Source: Vicugna vicugna
Lineage: Eukaryota
DNA length: 64,000 bases
Direction: 5' to 3'
Assembly: GCA_013265495.1 (NCBI GenBank)
Contig: MU058384.1
Span: 1,923,690-1,987,689 of the forward strand
Part shown: one piece after another, positions 53,367-64,000 of the stretch
Numbering within the stretch: the stretch's first letter is position 1
How the letters are laid out: each line of letters starts with the position of its first letter
Notes under the pieces: generated by a model
What the model saw: the letters and a program-made list of their open reading frames with translations, nothing else
The model's database searches: none
Told to the model about the DNA's origin: nothing
Program-made: the position numbers and the translations under genes

Positions 53367-55614
53367 TAATTTACCAATGCCACCTCTCCTAACCCTACAT
53401 TATAAAGCACAGCTTTAAACGGGAAAAAAAAAAAAGCATTTGTTATTTCCTCATTTATCCAATTTCACACACAGGAGGCCCATGTTCACATTATCATCAA
53501 CTGCAAGTGAGAGAGTCTTCAAGTTAAAGTGAATCATTCACTGAGACTTCACACCATGTCAGAACCAAGAATCTGGCATCATAAAATTCAGCTCACTGCT
53601 CTAATACGTTAAGTTTGTACCTTCTCTAACTGTGATTATGGCAATGTTTGGCCTATTTCTTCCTCTCCCTTCCACCACCATTCATTTAATAAAACAAGCT
53701 CCAAATTAGAAATACATAGCTTCACACAGATATATACAGAACTGTTAAACATACCTGAGTTTGCCACTTCAGAGGAGAGCAGTAATAGGTGACACCATAA
53801 TCATAGTTTAATGTTTACAAACCAGGAAATACGACCAGCCTAAGAAAAACATTTCCTCACACCACCTTAAAGTGGTCCAATCTTTTGGAGAAAGAAGAAA
53901 AGGCTACCTGAAGCGTCCACATAGACCAAAAATAGTAGGGTAAGCCAAAACCACCACCGGGGATGCACGCTCCATGAGAACCAGGACATCCTCTCTCTTG
54001 ATTGCCACCTTATTCTTTAATACTTAACACAGTACTTGTAACACTGCAAACACCTAATATCTTTTGAATGAGTGAATGATAGCTAGCATTCACTGATGAC
54101 TTACTTTCCTTGAGAAACTTTACAAGCTTGTTACATTTTCATCCAGGACTGGGGACGGGTTAGGGAAGGGACACTCTCAGACTCAGGACAACCCTATGAG
54201 AGTGCCAATACAATCAGTATAATTCTTTTTTCCAATTTTACAGGTGAGGGAACTGAGGCTCAGAAAAGCTATCCTTCCCAAGATGACAAAGTTTCTGGAT
54301 GGCTGAGCCAGGAGTCTGTCTTCTTTCTCCTTTGCCAAATCAATACCAAAATGAAGTTTAGAGCGAGGAAAACAGAACACGGAGAAGGCAGTATGGCCAA
54401 AAGTTGTATTTTCAAGAATTCACAAACGGGGTTAAGTCTGATCCTGGAAGAAATTTTTTTTAAAAAAGCCTTCCTATTTCAAAATTGCAGAGACACAGCT
54501 AATGGGGTCTAAGGTGCTTTTTCTAATAGGCTACCCTTCAATCTCCTATGTTCAGAGCACTGTGGGGTTCTTCTAAATGGAGGCAACCTGTTTTAAAAGT
54601 GAACGATCTACATAAAGAATGGCTTCAAAAGCTGAAACCTTCAAGTTAAAAGCCAGATATAAAGAACCTAATCGCCCTTCGTTAACATATACCTATATTC
54701 CCTGCCCAGAAAAACTGCTTGACCAGAGGAATTCAAAGAACTGTCCAAGTACAAAAGTGTTTGCCCAGCACCCTATAACTGAAACCATGCCTCTGCAGTG
54801 ACAACGGCGATCCTGTCACATCTCCAGCATTCCCTAAGTATCCCCTCAAAAGGTGCATTCAGGCACCAACTAAGATTATTGGGCTTCCCTCTAAAAATGT
54901 GAAGCAGAATTAAATACAGGATGATTTTTTTTTTAAACTCCAGGCTGAGAACGGAAGTCAAGTTCAGATTCTCTTCCTTCCTCAAGCGAGCAAGAGGATT
55001 AAAGAGCACCCGCCTCCCCGCGACACACACCCACACACACACCCTACGATAGAAAAATGTCTCGGGGCCTCTTCACCTGTGGTAATCCACACAACAAGCC
55101 TCGATTTGCTGGGATTTGAGGCTTTTCTTCACTCGGGGGGGTAGGGGGAGGCGGGTGGGTAAGGGGAACACAAGGAAGCATGAACTGGTGCCTAAGTTTT
55201 CAATCGGATCATTCTTCTCAACTTGGGCAGCTCTTTCCTTCCTTCTTCCCTTCCTTCCTCCCTCCAGCCAGAGGCACACACTCGGCTTTGCCTGCGCGGG
55301 CACGACGGGCAGGGCCCGAGGGGAGCGCTGCCGCAGCCGGGCACCCGGGCGCCCCTCGGAGTCTGGGGCGCAGGCTGCCCGGGGCGCGCGACCGTTGAGC
55401 CTTGCGAACACCGAGTCTGGGCCGCCGATCGATCGCCGCCGCCGCCGCCGGACGTGGGGACCAGGAAGGGGCAGCCGCGGCGGGGCGGAGGGGCGGGGTG
55501 AGCACTTCCTGACTCTCGCATTGTCCACGCATCGCCCGCGCCACCCAGGGCCCCGCCACCGCGCCGTCCCCGTCGGGGAGGAAGTTGGCGCTCGCCCCGC
55601 CGGCCCCGTCTTAC

Positions 55615-55732
55615 CGTTCTTGGCGTCGCCCGCGGCTGCAGCCCCCGCGGCGGCCGCGGCGTTGGCAGCGCCGGGCCCCGCGCCTCCCGCGCCTGCCGCG
55701 CCCCCGGTACTCGGTGCTCCAGCCGCCGCCGC
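55615..55732 (-). CDS. HECA: HECA coding exon 1, partial (start codon and N-terminus absent)
   Basis: Translates AAAAGAPSTGGAAGAGGAGPGAANAAAAAGAAAAGDAKN, matching the end of mammalian HECA exon 1. Donor AACG|GTAAG at 55615/55614 is phase 1 and compatible with exon 2. In-frame TGA at 55735-55733 immediately upstream. Confidence 0.9.
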
Positions 55733-55804
55733 TCACGCGGCGCGGCGCCGGCTCGGGGAGGCAGAGCACGGAGGGCGCGAGCCGGCGGCTCCTCCGGCGC
55801 CCGT

Positions 55805-55831
55805 CTAGCCGCGCGGCCCGCGCCGCGCCAT
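55805..55831 (-). other. Upstream ORF in HECA 5'UTR (MARRGPRG*)
   Basis: gggATGg strong Kozak context; 8 codons then TAG; same frame as HECA. Confidence 0.55.
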
Positions 55832-56080
55832 CCCGGCCGCCGCGCCCTGCCCGGCTTCCTGGAGCCGGCGCGCGGCCACTCGAGGCTCGCAGCCGCGCGG
55901 GCGCCGCGGGCTCGGGGCGCGAGCGAGACGCTCCCGAGCCGGAGGGAAAAGGCGGGTCTCCGGCTTGTTTTGATTCGGCTTCGCTGACACGCTCTGGCCC
56001 CGCCCCCGCCCGTGACGACACTGGGGATTCGGCCTGGCCGCGCCCACCAGGTGACCTCACGGTGGCTGGGCCCGCCCGCA

Positions 56081-56124
56081 TGACGTCACGCCCCGTGCTG
56101 AGCGGCCGCCTTCGAGTGACGTCA
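56081..56124. promoter_or_regulatory. Two palindromic CRE/ATF sites (TGACGTCA at 56081-56088 and 56117-56124)
   Basis: Exact 8-bp palindromes just upstream of the HECA 5' region, plus TGACCTCA at 56052-56059 and a TGACG half-site at 56013-56017. Confidence 0.75.
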
Positions 56125-56632
56125 TCCAGGACCGCTGTAGTACCCGGGGTCTGTGGACCGCCCATCTGAAATGGCCCAGAAGGCCAATCCTGTGGCGTCT
56201 GAAGTTACTGGGTGGCCTCCTGACCTCCATGTAATTAAGCCTTAGAACAGTACGGTACGGGAAAAATAGGCAGGTGACCAGAACAGGAATGGAAAACAAA
56301 GGATTTCGGATTAATCATCCTTTGAAAGGTTTTGCCATTCAGGAACAATCATAGATTCAGTAATTAAAGAAATAGGGTCGAGTTTCTAGATGAGAAAGAA
56401 CAGCAGAGTCCCTGAATGGAAGGCTGTCCCTGTCTAGTGGCAAAACTGCTCATTCCAACAGGATCCATCTTCCAGGGATGTAACTAAACGTTACCTGTGA
56501 CCAAGAAGCAGGCCCTGCCTGGAGGGGAGGCGGGGGTTGGGGGAAGCCAATCCCGGTGGATAAGATTGAATTCTCCTGCAAGACAGGTGGCCACTGTTGT
56601 GAGCAGATGGAGATTAGAAGGTGATACCTGTG

Positions 56633-56832
56633 GGTATGGAGGTTCCTTAAAAAACTAAAAGTAGAGTTACCATATGATCCAGAAATCCCACTCCTGGGTA
56701 TATATTCGGGAAAGAGGAAAACTGATTCAGAAAGATACATGCATCCCAGTGTTCACAGCAGCACTATTTACAATAGCCAAGACAAAGAAGCAAGCTAAAT
56801 GTCCATCAACAGATGATTAGATAAAGAAGATG

Positions 56833-56881
<49 letters not shown>

Positions 56882-57227
56882 AATATTACTCAGCCATAAA
56901 AAATGAAAATACCATTTGCCAGCAACATAGATGGGCCTAGAGATTATCATACTAAGTCAGACAAAGAAAGACAAATATCATATGGTATCACTCATATGTG
57001 GAATCTAAAAAAATGAGACAAATGAATTTATTTACAAAACAGAAACAGACTCACAGACATAGAAAAAAAATTTTTGGTTACCAGATGGGATGGGAGGGAG
57101 GGATAAATTAGGAGTTTAGGATTAACAGACACAGACTAATATATATAAAACAGAAAAACAAGGTCCTACTGTATAGTATTAGGGACTCTATTCAATATCT
57201 TGTAATAACCTATTTTAAAAAAGGAGG
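56633..57227 (+). mobile_element. 5'-truncated L1 (ORF2 end + 3'UTR) with 17-bp TSD
   Basis: gtatggaggttccttaaaaaactaaaagtagagttaccatatgatccag... is a typical L1 ORF2 3' end. TSD agaa(g/a)gtga(t/c)acctgtg at 56616-56632 and 57228-57244. Confidence 0.9.
56835..56878. repeat. (GT)22 microsatellite inside L1
   Basis: Perfect dinucleotide run. Confidence 0.95.
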
Positions 57228-60200
57228 AGAAAGTGACACCTGTGATAAGACAATGACTTGAGGGGCAGGGGACCCTGGGAAGGGTTTCACATGGCCTCTT
57301 TTTCTGCAACTTTTTTCTGCCTCTTTTAACACTAGCTCCTTCCCTCCCTCTGGTCCCAGCTCAAAGAGATCACTTCCTTCAGCGTGATATACCTAAAACA
57401 ACTCCCCAGAAGAGCTATCAGAAGATACCTATCAGCCCTGTTTATTTTCCTCATCCATCTCTAATTATGCTGTCAATGTGTACGTTTACCTATGTCCTGT
57501 CTCTCTCCTACTCATATGAAAGCGCCATAAGAAGGAGACTTTATCTGTCTTAGGCACCTCAGGGACCAGCTAGCATATATTTGTTGAACGTATACATTTT
57601 TTCCTGTGAACTATGGAGGGGAAACTATGTTAGCAATTTGCAATTCTCCTCTTCTATGCAGTGTGGTCTTTAATTAATCCAGCTCACCAGAAAGGCTCCT
57701 TGGCTGTGTTCTGAAGCATAAAGGGATAGACAGGGACGTGCCTTCCCTGTGCTCATCTAATGGGGAGATTCTGATTGAGGAGTCTGGGCATTCGTAGCAG
57801 AGTCCATAGCGAAGCCTGGAGCTGCAGGGAAGAGCGCCAGATACCCAGAAGCAATGGCTAGTTGGACTTTTCAGTAGAAAAGTGATGAACCTTTTAATTC
57901 CTTAATTTTTATTAGTGGAAAGTGACACTTTAGAGTGTCGTATTCATAGTTATACTAGATATTTTGTGCCTATATTTTTCTATTTCTTCCCCAGCCCAAC
58001 TCCCCTAAGCACTTGGGAATGCCAGGATCGTCTGTCTTTCTAACTAACTCTGTAGAGTCTAGCGTAAAGTCTGACCCACAATTAGTCTTCAATAATATTT
58101 CATTCAATGGAGGATGCCTAAAGCACTCTTCTTCTGGCTACATTTTTCTGAACTTTAAAGTTTCAGCTAAATCATCAATTCTCCAGGAAGTCTTTGACAA
58201 GCCAAAGCTAGATTCATCTCCATGTGCTCCCTGTTCCCTGCCCACCACGAGAACTTAGCCACGCAGTATTGAAATTGCCTGTTTACTTGTCTCTTCTCTG
58301 AGCCCCTACTAGACTATAAGCTCTGTGATGGCAGAAACTGTCTGTCTTAGTTGTCATTGTATCCTTGGTGCCTAACACAGCCCATGGTACACAGTCAGTA
58401 TTTAATAAATGCACAAAAAATACATACATAAATAAATGGACAAATGCTTTGAAGGTAGATGCAGCAGGATTTGGTGACCACTTATACGTCAGGGACGAAG
58501 GAAAGTTAGGTCAAGAAATTCTGAAAACTGGAAGAAATGATAATGGTAGTTAATGGAGCCTTCAGGGGGAGGGCGGTGGAGCTGAGGAGGAAGATAGTTT
58601 ATGTGGGCCACTGGACTTAGATTAATTTCATTACTGATATCCCTCACTAGAGGTGGCTGAGGGATCTCAAAATATTTTGGTGACTTTGACTTTGGCCTTA
58701 TTTTTTTTCTTTAAATATTTTGGTGGGTTTTTTTTTTAAGTGGTGAGGAAGAAGATGCTTTAGATTAAAGTACAGGAAAATTGAGATAATTATCTTCTGA
58801 AATAAGCGCATTGCCGTCATGCCATATTGGATCAGAGTAATCGTGCCTGTACCCTGCAGACAGACATTCACACCAGCTGCCTCCCACCTCTACATAACTG
58901 AGACTTCAGAATTGGAAACTTTCCCACGAAAATATCATAATTGGCTCAAAGCACAGACACCCAGCCAGTTGCTGTTCTTGCTCATTGTGTGAGCCGCCTC
59001 CTTCTCATTCAAACTGAAACAAAATGAAAAGGAGGAAGGAGAAGCTGGGCCACTTCTTCCATGCACAACCTTGCTAGTCTATTTTTAGCATTAGTCAAAT
59101 TTGACACACAAGCAATGGTTCTGAAAGTATTGCTACTAAAAAAAAATGTACTAAAATCAAGATATTGAAAACAAAATTTAGGTAAGGTTAAAGGATTCCA
59201 TTTTCTACTTCCATACGACATGTGAAATTTCACAGGAATCCTGCTTTTCTAGGCCTTTTCTCTTTTTCCTTTTTCCCACCATTTCTGAAGGAGAGAGAAA
59301 GGGGGAGGGGGAAAGAAGGAAGGAAGAAAGAAAGAAAAAAGAGAGAAAGAGATAACCAGCCTAAAGAGCAAAAGATGGCAGAGGTGACACAGAGCCCTCC
59401 CCTCATATACTTCCAGAAGAAACATGAAGAGCTTGAGGACACAGAGGCAGTCACTGTGTATCCACACTTGGCTTCTCTTTCTTTAATTTTCCTGCCAACT
59501 CATGTATTCCAAAATAAACTTCAAAAAATCTTACCTCTACCCAAGGTTCCTTTCCCTCAAACTTCATCGCCCACCCCATCACCCACGTCTTTGCAAAATT
59601 AAATAAAACACAGCAACAAATCAAGGTCATCAAAAGTCAACAATTTATACCCTTGAGAAAGGGGACAAGCTAATCTTCAGGGCTAAACCAGAATGAGTGG
59701 TCATTGTTTCAGTGTTCTGTTTGGTTTTTTGTTGAAATTTGTGCCTGTCTTCTGAATTCTTAGGGTGAACTAATTTATTTGAGCCAGAGTTAGCCTGATC
59801 TGCTAAAGTCACCTCAAGTAAATTGCCTTTGAACAATGAATATTATCTCTCTGCACCAGTTTCTTCCTCTGGAAATAACTTCTCCTCTGCCCACAGGTTT
59901 ACTTTGCGGAGTAATGATAACTGTGATTACAAAGAACTTTGACAAAAATGGAGTACTAATGCAAATAATAATATGGATTATTAAGTACCACAGATCTGTT
60001 CTCCCATTAGACCATTCCCAGGTATCAATATTAGTATTTTTTTCAAATACATACCCTCAAAATCTCTTTTCAGGCCTTTAATTTGACTTTTATATTACTT
60101 CCATAATTTACAAAGGCAGTCATATAAAAGATCAGAATTCTGTTTTCAGCAACCCCTGAACTTGCTGCTTACTTTACTTCAGTGCCTTCTTTGCTCGTAC

Positions 60201-62011
60201 TATTGTCCCAACTCAGCATCAACACTGTCCTGGACCCCAATAACCTAAACAGGATGCTCCTTTTAAGAAACAGATCAGGTCTAATCTTTTCCAAGACAGA
60301 CTTCCCTGGACTCATACCACCCCATATTCTCTCTTTTACTTTCCACCTTCATGGGCTCACCACCTGGCTCCACCAATGTTTTGCAAACTGTGGGTCATAT
60401 TCTCTTGACAGATTATGAAATTAATTCAGAGGGTTTCTATCAGGATTTTTTTGAAAACTGGGACAGAATAGACAATATCAGAATGCACTGCATATAGAAG
60501 TTAAGTATTTTGTAAAATATATGTATGTATATATGAGTGTGCATATATGTGTATGTATATATATATATTTATGCTGAGTCATGATGTAAAGTCTATTTCT
60601 CATTGTGAGTGCAAACCAAACCAAACCAAAACACACACACACACACACACGCACACACAAAACCACTCTGAAAGCCACTTGCTTTACCATATCATGAGAT
60701 ATTTAATTTTACATAGGCTGTCTTTCCATGGTCTGCTTACCACAGGGAGAGCATTTTCTCTCTCCAAGTTTATTCTACATTCTCGGAAGACAGACACCAT
60801 ATCTTTCATCTTTCTAATTCTTTCAGCGAACCTACCATCAAGAGTTCCCATACACATGCAGAGCAAACCGGACTCAAAGACCTGAAATTCTAATGGGGGG
60901 GGGGGGAGGGACACAAGAACCAACACATATGAAACAAAAAAAATCTATCAGCTACTAACCTGAACGTAAAGGAAACAAAAAAGATACGTAGGTTGTATTT
61001 TGTTTTGTTTTGCTACCTTTTGTTTTGGAGGGGCAGCGGTCCCCTCAGGTCCCCAGGAGATAGAGGGGTTAGCAGAGGCTAGAATTGTCAAAGAGGGCTC
61101 CATGGGAAAGCCGTGAAGATCAGCCTCTTAAAGAGGCAGGAAAGCAAGGACACGTGTAGAGCATACAAAGGGGAGAGGGAAAGCGGTGGACTCTGGTGTT
61201 TATTGGGTAGAGATGGAAAGCAATCAGATCACGATGGGCCCAGCACAGCAGTGGACGCACGGCTGGTTATAGTCCAGACCCTGGTGACTGGCAAGAAAGC
61301 TAGAACTCACCCTCCCTCTCTCCTGTCCTTGCTTTCCTTTTCCCCAACAGTACTTAATTCCTAACTACATTATTTTTAAGTTTTTATTACTATATGTTAT
61401 ATTTGGACATTTATTTACTTTGTTTACTGTCTTTTCTCACTAGAACGTAGATTTCAAGAGGGTGAGGATTTCTCTGTTGAATCCTCAATACCTGAAACAG
61501 TACCTAGCATATGGTAAGTGCTCAGTACACACTCGTGGAATAAAAGAACGTATAGAAGAACACCTAAAAGGAATAGTCCAAACCAGACCTCAAGGGCGGG
61601 GCGGGGGGAAGAGCCTTCTAAAACCACATTATTATGTTCTTGGTAGACAAAACATCCTTCCCTGCAGCTAGCATGTTTAAACCAAAGGGGTGGCTCTATT
61701 TGAGGCTAGCTTTGTATAACAAGGAGTCATGTAATAGCAATATCTTCAGCAATTGCACTGACCATGCAATGCTCAATTTCTACACCTTGTATTTCTCCCC
61801 TGGAAGTAGCACTGAAAATTCAAAGATTTTTATCACCTAGATTTCGTCTTCAGGATCCTCTATGTGTCTTCCCAATTACGTCAGTATTTTTCAGTGCTGC
61901 TGCTCTAAAGCAGGATTTCACCACACACTGCTTTAGTCTTTCCTTCGGCTGTCTGCAAGGTTTGACTTAGATAATATACAGTGTTGATCTTCTCTAAATA
62001 CCTCTTTCAAT

Positions 62012-62549
62012 ACTGCACGAGTTATCTATTGCTGCCCACCAAATTACTCCACAATTTAGCAGCTCAGAACAACAAACAAGTATTATCTCCCAGTTTCTAG
62101 GTCAGGAATCTAGGCACAGCTTGGCTGGGTCATCAGGCTCAGGGTCCCCCATAAGGCTGCAGTCCAGGTGTGAGCAGGGACGCAGTCCTGGCCAGTCAAA
62201 ACTCTGCTGGGGGAGGGTCTGTTTCCAAACTCACTCCTGAGGTTGTTGGCAGGATTCAGCTCCTCAGGGCTGCTGGCCTGAGGCCTCTGCAATTCCTTGT
62301 CATGTAAGCCTTCACTTGGGATGGCTGGCTTCAACCGAGTGAGCGAGTGAGAGAGCAGGAGAGGGTAAGCAAGATGCAAGCCAGTCTTTTGCAACCTAAT
62401 CTCAGAAGTAACATCCATCATTTTTGCTGTACTATGTTCCTCAGAAGCAAGACATTAGGTTCAGCCCACACTCAAGGAGAGAGGATTATGCAAGGACGGG
62501 AATACCAGGGGATGGGGATCATTGAAAACCATCTTAGAAGTTGCCCACA
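62012..62549 (-). mobile_element. MaLR/ERVL LTR (MLT1F/G or MER21-like)
   Basis: agttatctattgctgc...caatttagcagctcagaacaacaaac...gtcaggaatctaggcacagcttggctggg...gccatcttagaag-like end. Confidence 0.7.
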
Positions 62550-64000
62550 AGTATGTTAAACATATTCTTGCAATCCAAAGTGTAATTCAGGAGGCCTTTG
62601 AGTTTAGTTTATAAGACAGGAAGGGTGGATTGTGGTAATCATTTCATAATGTACACATATATCCAAACTTCGGTCTCTGTACACCTTAAACATGAACAAT
62701 TTTTATTTATCAATAAGACAAAAAAGTGAGAAAAGGTATGAACTTCTGGTTGTTTCTTTTAAAATTACTATTCAACCAATCTTTGATAACTAAATTTCAG
62801 GAATTTAAAATAACTTTTGCAAAATGATGTTTTTTTAAAACTGTTTCAGTCATCTGTATTCAAAATACTATTGGTGTTTAGAACACTCAATATTGTACAT
62901 TACTGGATCCAAGTGCCTGTTTCAAGGACACCTATTTTTTTAAGTGCTAAGGCTACTGCTATGCCCGTCTCTGGAGTTAATTTTGATTGATCTTAAATAG
63001 AATTATTTCTCAAGATTCCTCTTCCTTCTCTGTTTCCACCTAGAACAATTTCTACCAAGGATATCCTGAGGAATACTAGTTACGTACGATGTGCCTCTAT
63101 TTCTATGGTTAAATAAGTCTAGGAAACACTCTATATTTTATGAGTCATAACATTCACTAGTAAAGACCCTAAGAAGTCCAGCAGTAAAGAAACCGGCTTA
63201 CTCTTAACTTAGAATTTCCCAAGTTTATACAGCCTACAAATTCCTTTACATATAGTACCAATTAACATCCTGTGAAACTAGAGTTCTGCTAAATACTTTT
63301 TTGGGAAATAGTGCCTTAGAGCAAAAATAACTACTTCCAGCAACAGCATTCAAGTGAGTTGATGCAAAGGTGAAAATTCAAGTGAAAAGGTAGACACTGA
63401 GTCTCTCTTGTAAACAACCAGTTCTTTAGGAAACATCTTGGGAAATTTCTTTAAAATTCTATAAACTGCAGCTGTTATAATGATACAAATGCATTAAGTA
63501 CTAATTCTAAGTAACGTAAAACAGTTGAACATCCACCATACTGCTTCCTTTTCAGAAATGTCATTTATGCTATTATGTTCCACTGAAGAACAAAAAAATT
63601 AGAGTCAACAACCTATTATGGACTACTTTTTTCAATGGGAAGACATATTTGCCAATATTATAACCAAAAGCAACATCCAAATTTTGTTCAGAACCTTCCA
63701 TATAATAAATACTACAGAATCTGAAAACATATTGCCTGTACCCTCTGTATATGCTAATAGTTCTTTTCTTTGCCATCACATGAATAATCAGTTTCACCTT
63801 TAGTTCAGTTGCAAGGACTGTTATGTATGTTTCTGGAGTTAATTTTAATTGATCTTTAATAGAATTCCCTCTCAAGATTTCCTTTCTTTCTGCAGAATAT
63901 TCATTCTGAGTACTTGAATGTCAATATGGTACTGCATGGATTAAAGATGGCCACAAGTTTGCTGCTCCTCTCTTCAAGAGGTAGAGTCTACACAGACATA

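Larger units (their letters stand above)
55000..56180. promoter_or_regulatory. CpG island / HECA promoter, 5'UTR and first-exon region
   Basis: Very high GC and CpG density; GC boxes at 55998-56011; overlaps exon 1. Confidence 0.92.

Noticed and set aside
55073..56169. Several 100-230 aa Arg/Gly/Pro/Ala-rich ORFs on both strands, including 55611-56165
   Set aside because: Expected from stop-codon scarcity in a CpG island; none resembles the HECA N-terminus or another known protein.
1..64000. CRISPR array, operon or prokaryotic-type defence system
   Set aside because: Mammalian intron-exon DNA with no regularly spaced repeat-spacer arrays.

Overview
Mammalian genomic DNA, most likely from a camelid: two tRNA-derived SINEs resemble the camelid vic-1 type, the L1 3' ends look artiodactyl-like, and I saw no Alu, B1 or Bov-tA elements. 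The window holds the HECA (headcase homolog) locus on the minus strand: a CpG-island promoter and exon 1 at ~55.0-56.2 kb, a 25.2 kb intron 1, exon 2 (30407-29367), exon 3 (24467-24313), exon 4 CDS (21478-21314) and a ~3.45 kb 3'UTR ending near 17858. The rest is repeat-rich non-coding DNA (L1, L2, CR1/L3, MIR, MaLR/ERVL/ERV1 LTRs, Tigger and hAT MITEs), an RPL21 processed pseudogene and a degraded U6 snRNA retrocopy. The most notable anomaly is that HECA exon 1 lacks its start codon and about 50 N-terminal codons, with an in-frame TGA directly before the retained Ala/Gly-rich segment. This is either a real deletion or, more likely, an assembly collapse in very GC-rich DNA. The second is a local AT->GC substitution bias around 3.1-3.85 kb, which suggests GC-biased gene conversion creating an orphan CpG island. 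I found no convincing new multi-gene system. Repeat family names and ortholog comparisons come from recalled consensus sequences, not database searches.
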